A stretch of 64,000 bases of DNA, taken from assembly GCA_907165135.1 (NCBI GenBank), contig OU015568.1, positions 16,317,208 to 16,381,207 on the forward strand. The letters run 5' to 3'. The stretch's first letter is position 1; every line of letters starts with the position of its first letter. Under the pieces are notes generated by a model, which was given only the letters and a program-made list of their open reading frames with translations, had not been told where the DNA came from and did no database searches. Shown piece by piece: positions 35,262 through 47,680 of the stretch. The translations under genes were made by a program, and so were the position numbers. This DNA is from Oikopleura dioica. Taxonomy: Eukaryota > Animalia > Chordata.

Positions 35262-35639
35262 GGAGGGGGTCGACGAGAATCGGGATTTCCGTGACCAAAA
35301 ATGCGGGAAAACCTGATCAGATAGGCAAAATCTGAATTTACTGGCAAAAAGAAAAGGGTTGAAAAAATTAACCGGCGAGAAGTAGAAAAAATTTTGGCCA
35401 GAAATAATCTGTCAAAAATGCCGTCAAAGTAGGGGCATTTTCGCGAAAATGCACCAAAAATAGTCATTTTTTTTACATTTTTCTTAATTTCACCCCCTAA
35501 ATCTTATTTTTATCGAATAATTTTAGGCTCAACAGATTCAGGAGGATCTGAGGATTCCAAAAATATAAGATTCATACACAGACCATGTGTATACGCGAAA
35601 TTACGATCACCTCTGAAAAAATTCTCGTCGACCCCCCCC
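35262..35639. mobile_element. TTAA-flanked MITE (Kolobok-like), family E
   Basis: TTAA|GGAGGGGGTCGACGAGAAT ... ATTCTCGTCGACCCCCCCC|TTAA. A right-end copy of this terminus lies at about 38780-38808. Confidence 0.75.
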
Positions 35640-36609
35640 TTAAGAGCTTCAAAGAAAAGCCGCGTAGCGGCTTTTTTCAAAACGAAGCCGCAAAGCGGCT
35701 TCGCAAGACTACCATTTCAATTTGTTATTAAATACTGGCGAAGCCGCTTTGCGGCTTCGTCTTGAAAAAAGCCGCTACGCGGCTTTTCATTTAAGCCTTT
35801 CAGAACCTGACTCAAGCTGCTGAAAGTACAGTACTGTTTTCACTAACCGACTTTTTTAATTAAAGTACAAATACGACCTGATTCAATGATAAAATAATGA
35901 AATAGCGATTTTCTGAAAACGGCTCATTCAATTACCCTTGGGTCCGTGCCAGCTGTCAGGCGAGTCTGAGAACTCCAGCTCACTTTACCCTCTATTACTA
36001 TTATTATTTCGACCTTTCTTACCTTGTCCTTGGAAAAAAAAAGAATTCTTCTTTGTTCTTTTTCTTTTCACAAAAATCTCTAAGTCTTCATTCCCGAGTG
36101 GAAGAATCAATCTGATTCTGACGTCTAATCAAAGATTTCTCCAAAATTTCCAAATATTAGTCAAATAATTGTTTTCACGAGCGCGCGAGGTGCCGTGTTT
36201 GGCGTAATTACGGCCCCGGACGCGTGTTACTCTGATCAACTCTTTTTGAACAGGCGCGTTTTTTCGTTTTAACAACTCTGACTCCCTCCCCCGAGGACGA
36301 GGGCGCGTGTCTATTCAACAAAACTCTCTTCTTCTTTCTAATTCCGCTGGATTTAACTACGTACGATCGTAAATAAAGAGTTTCCACCAATTTTGTCGGC
36401 TCATTTCCCGGTGGGTAATTGGATGAAGGGAGCACGGCGGAGATATTACGCAAAGATCAGGTTTAAACTTTCTTTCTTCGTCCGAATTTGACTTTTTTTT
36501 CAGGTTGAAATCAACGAAGACTCTCTGTAAAAAAAATTTTTAGAAAATTCAAGCGAAGGACTTCCTTCTACTTTGTCAATTATTAAGGTAATTTAATTGT
36601 CTGTCAGTC

Positions 36610-36800
36610 CACTGAGCTCAGATCTCCTCTGTGGAAATGCTGAGTCAGGCTCTGGAAAGATCTGAAAATCCGCTGAAATCCTGAGATCGCTTTTCGCCAA
36701 ACTATGATTCGAATCGATTTTTATACTCTACGCGGCTTTTCATTAAAGATCTTTCAGAAGCCTGACTCAGGATTTATACACAGGTTGCCTGGCCTAAGCT
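36610..36800. mobile_element. MITE family A copy, degenerate (a further partial copy lies at about 35645-35820)
   Basis: GCTGAGTCAGGCTCTGGAAAGATCT ... AAGATCTTTCAGAAGCCTGACTCAGG. Confidence 0.7.
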
Positions 36801-38112
36801 AGAGCCAGGCAAAAGAAGAAGGCAAAGGAATGCAGTTCAGCAGGACAAAATTGCCAATTTTGTGATCTGCTGTCCTTATTATCCGACGCAATAAAATGTG
36901 AATGACAATCGTAAAACAGAATTTTCAACCTAACCAGCATCGATAACCCCTGGCTCTAGATTCCTACATTTTTTCTGACGAAATTGTATTTTGCTTTATT
37001 TCAGAAGAATCTGTCAAAAAAACAGTGCGTCATCGAAACCAAGATTTTGAGAAGAGCACGAAATCGTAATAACTGTGGCGGTTTTATGGTCATTATGACA
37101 GTTAAAACAAGAAATCATAACTCATACCGATCTGACTTCAAATATCCCTTAAAAAATCGCAAGATGGCGCAATTTTCAATGAGAAAAGCAGGCACCATAA
37201 AGCACTCATGAATTTTCAGAAATGGGGCTTTTCCCGATGGAAGCGAATCAAGATCATACTTTTAGGGATCATTTCTATAGTATGCGTCTACAAAATGTCA
37301 ACTAACCTTGACACCCACTAACACCCGATGATGCGACAGGGTGGCGTCTCTTGAGCAGGAAGCCGAGGACTTGTGCCTCATTTGAAGACTGCACCGCCTA
37401 GGCGGACGGAGACGTCGCGTTCTGATGGGTTTAGCTAAAAAAACAAACTCCAAAATTCAGCACACACTTGTGCTCGCAACCCATCACAAATCATGGAAAT
37501 ACCGATATGATAAATTATCAGATATCAGTTTCTCGTTCATTCTTGAATGTCACAATAAAGAAAATTGTCTGAACTTTAGTCACGCGCGTCTTCATCCATC
37601 TTCGTAAAAGTCTCGCCGTGGTCAGAAGGATTTCACAGACAATAATTTTTCTTTGTTACGCTGGGAATAATCGATTATGCTGATTTTGTGAAAAATGACT
37701 GAATCGTTTGGAAATAATTGACTTGTACTTTTGGACGATTTGGAAAGATTTGAACAGATTTGGGAAGTTTACGAAATTTATCGTTTCTAGTCAACCATAG
37801 ATTTCTTGGTTTATACAGAAGGAGCGATGCTGCTTGGTCGCTCGCCGTTTTCGATTCGCTGCAAGATATCAACGAAGACAGCTTCATTTCGAAGCTCAAT
37901 CGCGTTTCTCGACCTCCTTCTACCATCAGGGATCCCTGTAGTGCGCTGACTCATCCGCCGCCCCATCAGCGCGCTTTCTAACCCTAACCAAATTCAAAGC
38001 GCCCACGCATTTTTAAGGAAAACCGACGTTTTCATTGAACCGACGTTTTCGCTAAACCGACGTTTTGACCAGTGGCGAGAACGTCGGTTTAGCAAAAACG
38101 TCATGTAGCCCT

Positions 38113-38370
38113 CTAATTCGAACGCCATGTCGAGCATCTTGGCAGTCGATCGAAATACGAGTCGATTCCATTTTCCCACTTTTTGTCGAAGAAAGCGAGT
38201 TCTTCGTGATCTGTAGAGACTTTGACTTTCGGATGCGCTGTCATGTAGTAGTGGAGCGCGATGGTGCCGCATTTCTTTGCTCCTAAGCCGATCACATTTG
38301 GCAGTAATTTGCGCTTTTCTCGCCCGTCCGGGTCTGCTTGGCACTCATCGTGTGAATTCGAAGGTCAAAT
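38113..38370 (-). pseudogene. Truncated sulfotransferase exon (HS 3-O-sulfotransferase-like 5'-PSB motif), copy 1
   Basis: KLLPNVIGLGAKKCGTIALHYYMTAHP..ELAFFDKKWENGIDSY; breaks off into an AAACGTCGGTT repeat. Near-identical to 42390-42610. Confidence 0.7.
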
Positions 38371-38379
38371 ACTACAATA

Positions 38380-39544
38380 CTACAAGAAGAAACTTACAAG
38401 GAATATTCTCAGTTCATCCGAGTCGTCAATAAGTTGTTGACAATAACGAACATGAATTCAACCAGACTTACATGGACTCGAAAATTTGGTGCTCGTCAAA
38501 TTTCTTAAGGTGACATTTTAAAAATTCAAAAAGCAAACTGAAATCAACAACGACTCTTCTATTTCAGGACTCGATGGTCGTGTCTCAAAGTGGACCCCAA
38601 ATCGCTATGTTGGCAATTTTGCGATTTTTTCGCTATTTTTTTATGCCACATTTGGTAATGAAGTGCACGAAATTCCTGCAAAAACTCGTTGCCGCTGTCT
38701 TCTAAATACCCTTCTGTTCTCACCTGATAAGTCAAAATATGTTTACAGAATCGGGTTTTTCGGGAAAATTGGTTTAAAAATTCCGATTCTCGTCGACCCG
38801 CCCCTTAAGGGGCTTGACGGCCCTTTGGGCCGTCTCAGCCCCGTTCCATGATTTTTAAGTTTAAGGGGCTTGACAAAGGCTTTGAACTATGAGTTGATCA
38901 ATCTCAGTTCTTTCCCCAACCCTCTTTCACCCATTTTTTGAAAAATTCAAATTATCACTGTTTCTAGCTCAATTATGGTTTTGATTTAAAGTTTGATCAA
39001 GTTGGGCGAGCGGCGACTTGGACAAACGGAGTCCACTCTTACTACGCCCTATTTTTCGTGTATTTCCATTAATTCACAAGAGAAAAACTTGAAAAAACTG
39101 CTTGAAAATAACCGCAGAATCCGCAGTCTGCGAACTGCGAGATTAATCAAAAACTGCGGAAAATGACTGTGGAAAAATCGCAGTTTTCGAAAATTCTGCT
39201 AAAACTGCGGACTGCGGTGCGATGTGCATACATGTGCTCTGACTGCGCTGCGAAGTGCGAAATTCCGCAGTTCGCAGGTCGCACTGCGAAGATTTCTGCG
39301 ATTTCCCCACTGCGAATGTACATCCCTGGTCGTCCCAAAAGAATCCCCCCACTTTGGCTACTATTCGCCCGGCCAAGATGCAGAAATAATCCCTTACGAT
39401 CAAACAGAACTTTACACAGAAGACCGAATTGGGTTAAAAACGCTCGATACTACCGGAAAATTGCATTTTTTCACCTTCGCTGGGGATCATCTCAGATTTA
39501 CCGACGAAGAATTTACGGGAAACCTCGCGCAATTTCTTGCTTGA
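38380..39544 (+). pseudogene. PPT1: 5'-truncated palmitoyl-protein thioesterase 1 fragments
   Basis: C-terminal exon SLVVPKESPHFGYYSPGQ..QTELYTEDRIGLKTLDTTGKLHFFTFAGDHLRF matches PPT1. An upstream exon (ETYKEYSQFI..LENLVLVKFLK, 38380-38510) needs frameshifts. The N-terminal half is absent and repeats interrupt it. Confidence 0.7.
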
Positions 39545-39727
39545 TTTCTGATTTCAAATACATGTATTACGATTCAAATAAAATCTCAAATGGTTTGATC
39601 TTTGTACTCAAAATGTCTCAATATTTGACTTACTCTCATGCAGCGAGAGTCTATTTTACTGTTTGCAGAAAATTAAATTTTGCCGCAAAAGTCAAAAACA
39701 AAAATATCCTTTTTCGTCAAAGAAAGA

Positions 39728-41975
39728 ATGAACGAGTTTCATCCAAGAGAATTGACCAGAGACGCTGTTGAGAAATGGCTGGAAAATTTCAAAAAGAAAT
39801 TGAAAAGAATGACGAGCAGAGATGATTTGGACAGATTGATTTTGTCGGTCGAGAGATACGAGTTTGAAGATGAACTTTGTGCTGAATGGTGGGAGGTTAT
39901 TTTTGAAAATGGAAAAGCAAAAGTTTCTGGTAAACATAGATATGATTCATATGAAGAATGTAAAATTTCTTCATTTCAAAAAATGCTCCTCGTCAAAAAT
40001 TCGCAATTCGAAGGACGAAAAATTAAACGCTCGGAACTCAAAGAAGAAACTGGAGAATGGATTCTCGATGAATCTTTAAAGCAAAAAATGATTTCTTCTG
40101 GAGGAGAAGCGATCGTTTTGGAAGAGAAATTTGGAGAATTAGAAGTTTCGGTTCGGGTTCAGGCTTTTGACTCGAAGCTTTTCTCGAAAGATGACGAGGA
40201 GTTGGCGTTTTTAATTCATCTTTCAAAAGGTTACTTTAGTTTTTATTCAGTTTTCTTAATCGAATTTAAGATTACGAAATCGCTCAAAACAATATAAGAG
40301 ACGACGCTCCAGTAATCCCAGTTCACCCAAACGTAATCAAAAATTTCTGCAACATAGAAATTTTTTCAAGCAAAGACGAGAAAAGAGAAGACTGCCTTGG
40401 ATTGATTACGATAATGGAAAAGTGCGACACTGATTTGAGAAGCAGATTGAAAAAAGAAGATTTGAGTTTGGAGGAAAGGAAGAGAATCGCGAATGAAGTG
40501 AGAGAGGGAGAAGAGTATTTGAAGGATATTGGAATTCTTCATTACGATAAGAAACCCGAAAATATTTTATTGAAGAATGGAGAATGCAAATGGATTGATT
40601 TTGGCACGATTGAAGAAAGAACTGGAAGGGAGAGCTATCTAAGAATGGGCTTCGCGAGGAGAGGGAGCAAATATAGAAGTCATCAATATTTATGTAGGTT
40701 TTAAATTGAAGTCACTTTATTATGATTTGCTTGCGGTTTGATTTATTCCTAGATGCTGGTTCTGCTGCTTTTTCGGAAAGTTCCCAACTTTATGGAGAAA
40801 TAGGAGGAGATGCATCACCACTTCACATTCTGATTCTTTGCGATTGGAAAACAGCTTGGAGTCTTCTCTTCAATCCAGTCGAAGAGGATGAAAGAGAGAA
40901 AATCAAAGAAGAATTGAAGGCAAGTCTTCGTCGCCGCTTTTGAAATAATAATTTCTAGTCTTGCAATGCTGAGTGGCTCTCAATAAAAACTCCATCAACC
41001 GAAGAAATCGAAAACTTGTCAAAAACAATTTCTCTAAAAAACGCGCCTTCTGATTTTTGCCTTGACGATCCGAATTTGACCAAATCATCAGCTTTGGCCA
41101 ATCTCAAGCAGAAACTGACAAGACAGATAAATTTCGACTTCGAAAATGTGACAAAGAATGTTTTAAATCAAAAAGAAAGCGATCTTTGTGTCCCCATTTC
41201 AGTTTCTGTTCTTTTGAGATGGGCACTCAAAAATGATTTGAAAGTTGGAGATTTGGAAATAGAATATTTTTTCACTCTCGAAAAAATCTTCACTTTTCTG
41301 ACAATGCTAATTTATCCGCGGAGTTTGGCTGGCTTCAATCTAAACCCGAAAAAGGAAGAACAAGAGTTTCAAGAAAACGAGATTGAATTGCTTCTCAGAA
41401 GAATGAAATTTAAAACGTATTTGAATGAAAGTGGATGGGAGATTATAAAAGGCGTACGAGTAAATGGCGATTTTAATTTTGAAAAAGGTTTTTATTAATA
41501 ACCAAAGTTAAGTTTCGTGAATCTGAATCAAATACATATTCTAGTCCTCCTCCACCACAACTTCGCCTTCTCCCGTCCTCTAACCGTCACCGGCTGTTAC
41601 CAGAATCCCGACGGCTCAGTAATTTTCCACCAAATGGTGCTGGACCGAATCGAAAACTCCGAATTCATTCTCCAAAACACTTTAATCGCCCATTCCGGCT
41701 CTCAAATAAAAATTCCTCTTTCTCGCGAATTCTACGCCGAATACCACTTCATGGAAGATTGCTACAATTGCTACAACGATTTCGTTTATTATGGCGACAA
41801 CAACGAGTTTTTAACTTTGACAAATGAACAGTTCGGCATGACAGAAGAAACGTGGTACCTTCTACCTCACGCGTATTCAATAATTCTCACTCCAGCTGAA
41901 GAAGATTCTTCAGATTCGTCAGAAGCATCTAGCTCTGAAAGTTCGGATTCAGAAAACAAGGTGTATTCGGTGTAG
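39728..41975 (+). CDS. Protein kinase + papain-like (C1-type) peptidase fusion protein, copy B (5 exons, about 680 aa)
   Basis: Introns 40230-40270, 40694-40752, 40920-40958 (GC donor) and one near 41490 give a single frame. Motifs HYDKKPEN, DFG, NQKESDLC, FHQMVL and LQNT. Confidence 0.82.
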
Positions 41976-42339
41976 GTTGCTTTGTTTCTGCACTTGATGT
42001 TAATGACTTCTGTTTTCGTTTGCAATTATATTTTATAAAGCTGATACAAAATAACTTTGACATCTGAAACTATTTCAATATTTCGTAGTATGGAAAAATA
42101 TTTCGGTAAGCTCATTTCTGGTTAGTGTTAGGGGGGTTCCAAGGCAGCGAAGCCCCCTAGGTTAGGCTTTAGGGTTAGGAACGAAGTACTTTTACCTAAG
42201 GGGGGTCCCGGGTTAGGGTTAGGTTTTAGGAAGAAACAAAAAGTCTCTTCCTTCTGTACCGAAATATTTATCCCTTCTACCCAATATTTGATTATCTCTC
42301 TCGCAGCGGCAATCTCGCTTTTATTTTGCAGAAAATTTA

Positions 42340-42591
42340 ATTTTGTCTTTTCAAAAGCAATTTCATCTTCCGCAACTTCCGGCAGTCGATCGAGATACCA
42401 GTCGATTCCGTTTTCCCACTTTTTGTCGAAGAAAGCGAGTTCTTCGTGATCTGGAGAAACTTTGACTTTCGGATGCGCCGTCATGTAGTAGTGCAGCGCG
42501 GTGGTGCCGCATTTTTTAGCTCCTAAGCCGATAACATTTGGAAGTAATTTGCGCTTTTCTCGCCCGTCCGGGTCTGCTTGGCACTCGTCGT
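42340..42591 (-). pseudogene. Sulfotransferase exon (HS3ST-like), copy 2; rest of the gene not found
   Basis: LPNVIGLGAKKCGTTALHYYMTAHP..FFDKKWENGIDWYLDRLPEVAEDEIAFEKT. No 3'-PB motif exon is recognisable downstream, so it could be a gene with exons I missed. Confidence 0.55.
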
Positions 42592-44017
42592 CTGAATTTG
42601 AAAGTCAAATTCTGGGAATTTTAAAAATTTGTCTCTAGAACGTTGTTTGTTCTTCGGGCGAAAATTATGGTTTTCTTCAGTCTTCGGATTTTGACAGTCC
42701 GGAAAGCAGCAAATTTAGGTAAAATTCAACGTTCTTTTCTGATTTTTAATCATTTTAAGATTTCTTCAAGAACAAGAAGAAGAAAGTTACCCGAAAGAAG
42801 GTAACAATAGCGATCGGAATAGCATATTCTGAATCAATGTGCTCTTTGCCTTACTGGCCGGTTTTCTTCTTCATTACCTGAATAAAATCAATTTTTATAC
42901 CATCAACTTTGGTGTGTTTTTACTAAAAGGCTCAGTTAGCTTAAATACTACTGTAGGTTTTGTTGTGAGAGAGTTTTGGCTATCAGGAGTTGTTTTTGAG
43001 CTGTCCCTATCTGTGGGGCTCGACAAGTCAGCCCCCACATAACTGGACTAGGCTCCCTGCGTACATATCCTGAGTCAGGTTTGGAAAAGGTTGAATGGAA
43101 ACCTGCAAAGCGGGTTCTTAAAAGAGGATGCCGTCAAATTTGCGGCTTCCTTTTTCGTAGAGCCGCTCTTCGGCTTAGTATTAAGGCTCTTCTATGAGCA
43201 GTTTCAAGTTAGAGCGCTTCCAAGTTAAGTTCATTTAGCGCAAATGGCTCTTGTCAAATTTTATTTTTGCATGAAAGAAGATTTCAGACAGTGAATTACT
43301 TTCTTGATCTTTTTTTGGTTATCCTTGTTAATTTTGTTTTAGGCGATTAACATTCTCAGGTCGGTTTTCGATGCACCGATCGGCACCGACCACCCTTTTT
43401 CAAGGTCACAGTCGGCCAAATGCTGACCAAAACCTACCTGACATTGACCGACCAAAGATCGACCGACCTGACCACGGATCATAACGAAAAAAAAACTTTT
43501 TTGAATTGGCGTCTCGTTGATTGAAATTTTCAAGAAATTTCAGCATCAGAAGACTCTTCTTTATTTTCTTGAGGAGGAGTGAGGGTGATTGAATACGCTT
43601 GAGGAAGAAGAAACATACAGCGAACATATAAGATTGAACACACTTGAGGCAGGAGAGGGCATCTTAGATCTTTCATTTTATTGAATCGCTTATTGCCAAT
43701 AAGTTATTGGTTAATGTAAGAATCTCCTTGTTGTCGCCATAATCGACGAAATCATTGCAGCAATTTTAGCAATCTTCAATGAAGTGTTATTCGTTGTAGA
43801 ATTTTCTGAAAAGAGGAATTCTGATTTGAGAGGCGGAACTTGAAGCGCATATGCCGCATATTAAATAGACTCTTGCTCTGAAATCCTACTACTCCACACT
43901 TTTTCAACTGAGCTGCATCCGGTCTAGCCGTTAAAAATACTTGAACCCTCTAGTGGGTCTATTTTTACCCAACATCTTTATCTGGGGCATTTCCGTTTGG
44001 ATGCTATATTAATAAAG

Positions 44018-44102
44018 AAGCCTCATTCTCCCAGGCTGGGCAGATGAGGCTCTTGGGAGAATGAGGCTCTGGGCAGATGAGGCTTCTGGGCAGATGAGGC
44101 TT
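44018..44102. repeat. Short tandem/inverted array of CTGGGCAGATGAGGCT units
   Basis: Four related ~16-17 bp units, with an inverted copy (GCCTCATTCTCCCAG) at the left. Confidence 0.75.
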
Positions 44103-44264
44103 ACCCTGAATTTACACTGTTATCTAAAAGAACTTTTCTTGATCACAGTCCATGTTTATTATTACATGCTTATTTATTAATGACTGGGATCATACAGAAG
44201 TAAAACTGAAGAAGTAAAGCAGGTGGAGAGATTGTCAAGCAATAGATGCTTTGCTTCTAATAAA

Positions 44265-47200
44265 TCAATTGGCGCAAGGAATCTTCGACCTTTCTAGTTC
44301 GAGCGCAATGTCGAGCATCTTGGCCATCTCGTCAGATACATTTCCGGTGTAAATATTCAACATATGTCCTCGCAAGTTAAATATTATCCGGTCATTTTTG
44401 CGCTTCTCCTCTTCGCTCTCCAGCTTCATTTGTTTGATGTTATCTTGCGCAGATGCCAAGTCAGCGCGGACTCTCTCGAGGTCAGCTGATTTTCGGTTGA
44501 AGTCGCGATTCTTCGATCGAAGCTCAGATATTTCATCGGACTTTTGACGGTTGGACTCTCGTTCTTTTTGGAGTTCTTGGCGAAGTTTCTGAAAAAATTA
44601 TTAAATAAATTGGATAAAAATGGCCTTATAATATGTAAAGATCAACTCGTGGAGCCTAGGATTGTCTCAAATTTGTAAATTTGACCATTTTGGAATGAAG
44701 AGCTTGTCTGTCATTTACCTTGATAGAGTCGTCATTTGCCTTGCCACTATTCGAGGCTTTTTCTATTGCCTCTCGCATTGCTCTCAGTTGTCGTTGATGC
44801 ATGGCTTCAGCGTCTTCCCACTGGCTCTAAAAAAAGTCATCCAGACCACTTCCAGACTAAAGAACTCACCTCGTATCGTTCACTTTCTTCTTTCATTCTA
44901 TACTGAAGCTCGAGAACTTCCCGCTTGAGCGCTTCAATTTCTGCATCTTTGTCGACTCCATCATCGACGACCGCATTTTTGCTCTTTTCCGCTTCCAGCT
45001 GTTTCTTGAGCTCTCGATTTTTCCGCCGCTGTTCTCTAGAAACAATCATATAAAACACTTTACAAATGCCTTTTCTGTCTACCTGAGCTCATTTTCCAGC
45101 GCGCAGACTTTGTCATCGTAGAGCGTCATTTGTTGAATACTTTCAATTTCGCTCTGAAAAGAAAAAGATCAAGCGGTGCCTAAGAGATTTTCCGTGTTTG
45201 ACTTTGCAGCTATTGCGGCCCGGCCAAATACAGAACACCACTGACGTCACCCGTAAAACAAATGCAAATCGTTATTTCAAATAATCACGAGTAAATATTG
45301 AACAACTAAGCCCTGACTTATGTGCTTTCGCTCTTTGAAAATCTGTTTCTAATCTTGGTCAATCCTTCTACCCTTTGAAAGTGCGCCTATCAACTGAAAT
45401 TGAAAGGTACTCTTCTATGATTTCAATGAAAATAAGTATAAAATTTACGAAAGAAAATGAATTTGAAATGGTAAATTAGACCTTGATTTAGTGACTTTTT
45501 TCGAGCGGCTGAGTTTCTCTTTGTAGATCAAGATGACCATTAAGAGGTCATTTAGTATGTATCCCATGGCGACCATTATTAATAATGAGGATGGGGAACT
45601 CTGCGAGTAAGAAAAAATATCACAGTTCCTCTTTCTCCCCAAGTGGTTTTGAAAACACACTTGACTCTTTCGATTATCAGACAATTTTTCCTCACCTCAA
45701 GGGCTTTTATTTTCTCCTGGGCGTCTTCTTTCTCTTGGGCGGAGCTTCGGAGCTGTTTGTGCAAGTCTTCTTTTGCCGAAATTAACGCTGCAATTTCTTT
45801 GTCTCGCGATTTGAGGTCGCCTTTTTGCCTCTCATGGGATTGTTTCAAATCCTCAAGCTCCTTGCAGATGCGGTTCGATTCCTCTTCTTTTTCTCGCTTC
45901 GCTTTTCTCGCAGCTGACTCTGCCCCGTGAGCGCTCTTCAACGACTGAACAAAAAGCAAAATTATTTAACCCCAAAATACTGATCCCAATTCGCTCGAAA
46001 TTGAGATGCCGGGAAAGCGAAAATGGCGAAAATTAATTCGTAATTGGGCGAGAGCTCGCCCGGAAAAAAAATATTCAAAAACCTTGAAGTCTGGCCAAAA
46101 ATGAGTGAATGGATCATTGCAGTCATTATTGTAGGAAAGAGGCAAAAAACTCTTCATAAAACATGAGCTCATTTCCGGAGACAGGTGCATTTGATTCTCT
46201 ACAAAGGATGCTAAAAGTGGATCTGGTAGAGATTGTCCAATTTCAAGTCAACTTCAAGGTTAGGGTTAGGGGGTCGTAGAGGGTTACAATTCGGGCAACC
46301 CCTAACCTAAGGGGCTCTACCCCCTGGGGCCCCCAGTAGTTACCTGCAGTCCCCTGGCCCTAACGGCTAAACGAGATAAGCTCTTATACGAACTTAATGC
46401 GTCCAAAGGTTAAATTTGCTTTAAAAACATGATAAAAGGAATTTTTAACCAAGAAAAATCGATATTTTTGCCAAAATTAGGGCAAATTGGTCAATTTTTG
46501 CCGAAAAGTCCAATTTTCAAATGCGATTTCGGGGGTGAAGGAGTCGAGATAGACCCCCAAAAAATGAAGCCTCAAAATCGTTTTTTTAACCTGAAGAATC
46601 CATTTATTGGGTCAAAATTTTAAAATTCCGAAATTCGATTTTTCGAAAAAGGCTGACGGGGGTCCTTAATCGAAAGCTTTTTCTTATCTGTATCTCGTGA
46701 GCGTTAAATGAAAATATAAAAATAATTATAGAAGTTAGGGGTTCAAAGCAAAAACTCGATTTTCAGAGTTGACACCCTTAATTCAAAACCTATGTAGACA
46801 TTTGGGGAGCAGTCAAGACAGTAAACAGAGATATGGAAACTTGAATTGTATTTACCTCTTGAGCTTTTGCAAGCTTTTCTTTTAACTGCTCGGCGAGTTC
46901 TTTTGATTTCTTCTGCTCCTTTGATTGCTCCTGCAGGTGCACCAACTCCTCCTTGGGCAAAAAGGCCATCGCTTTATTGTTTTCCATTTCATCCTAAACT
47001 GCTGTCAAAACTCAGTAAAAGTGCTGCGCAAACGTTAGCCAGCTATTTTCGCCTCTATAAAAACACATCTGTCTCCAGTTTGGCAAATTAGTTTGCTCAA
47101 GCTTCTTTAATTTCCGCAATTTTACGCGGAATTCAGGAAGACAACGAAGCGCCGCAATTATGCGCTTGTACGTCGCTTGGCACGAAATCCTGTGTACGGA

Positions 47201-47680
47201 ACCTGAGTAAGGCTCTGAAAGACCAAAAATGAAAAGCCGCACTGCGGCTTCGAAAGTTTACTTTTTGAATGTATTTCGAATTCTTTCAGAGCCGCTTCGC
47301 GGCTCTATTAAAAGCCGCTTTGCGGCTTTTCATTTTTGGTGTTTCAGATCCTGACTCAGGTTTTGTTCACAGTTTGCCGAGGCCAGGAAATCCACATTGT
47401 TCAAATTCTGGGGAAATTAGCGGATTATCCAAAAATCTCAATGCAAATATACACACAAGGATTTATAAAAAAGCACTTTACAGTTGGACACGATTTCCTA
47501 GCAGGAAATCATGGATCAACATTTTTTTCAAGTCTTCAAACCATAAGCTCTCAAAACTAACCTGGAGTCGTCTTAGCTCGTGATTAGCTTTGAGCAAGTT
47601 TTTCTGGAGTTCTTGCAGGGCGTTTTCTTTCTCGGAAAGGCGTTTTTCCAGCTCTTGTCGTTCATTTTCTTTGTTCCTAG
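44265..47680 (-). CDS. Multi-exon coiled-coil protein of unknown function; 5' end unresolved
   Basis: E/K/Q-rich heptad exons at 47478-47680, 46790-46987, about 45700-45950, 44837-45058 and 44265-44590. Confidence 0.6.
47180..47390. mobile_element. MITE family A copy in a coiled-coil gene intron
   Basis: CCTGAGTAAGG ... GATCCTGACTCAGGTTTTGTTCACAGTTTGCCGAGGCCAG. Confidence 0.75.

Noticed and set aside
31300-37600. Short ORFs of 60-85 aa listed in this interval
   Set aside because: They mostly overlap MITEs or low-complexity DNA and lack coherent exon chains; treated as non-coding upstream region of the GPCR.
37675-37990. Possible coding exon on the minus strand (..NAIELRNEAVFVDILQRIENGERPSSIAPSV*)
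   Set aside because: No family motif and no linkable upstream exons; insufficient support.
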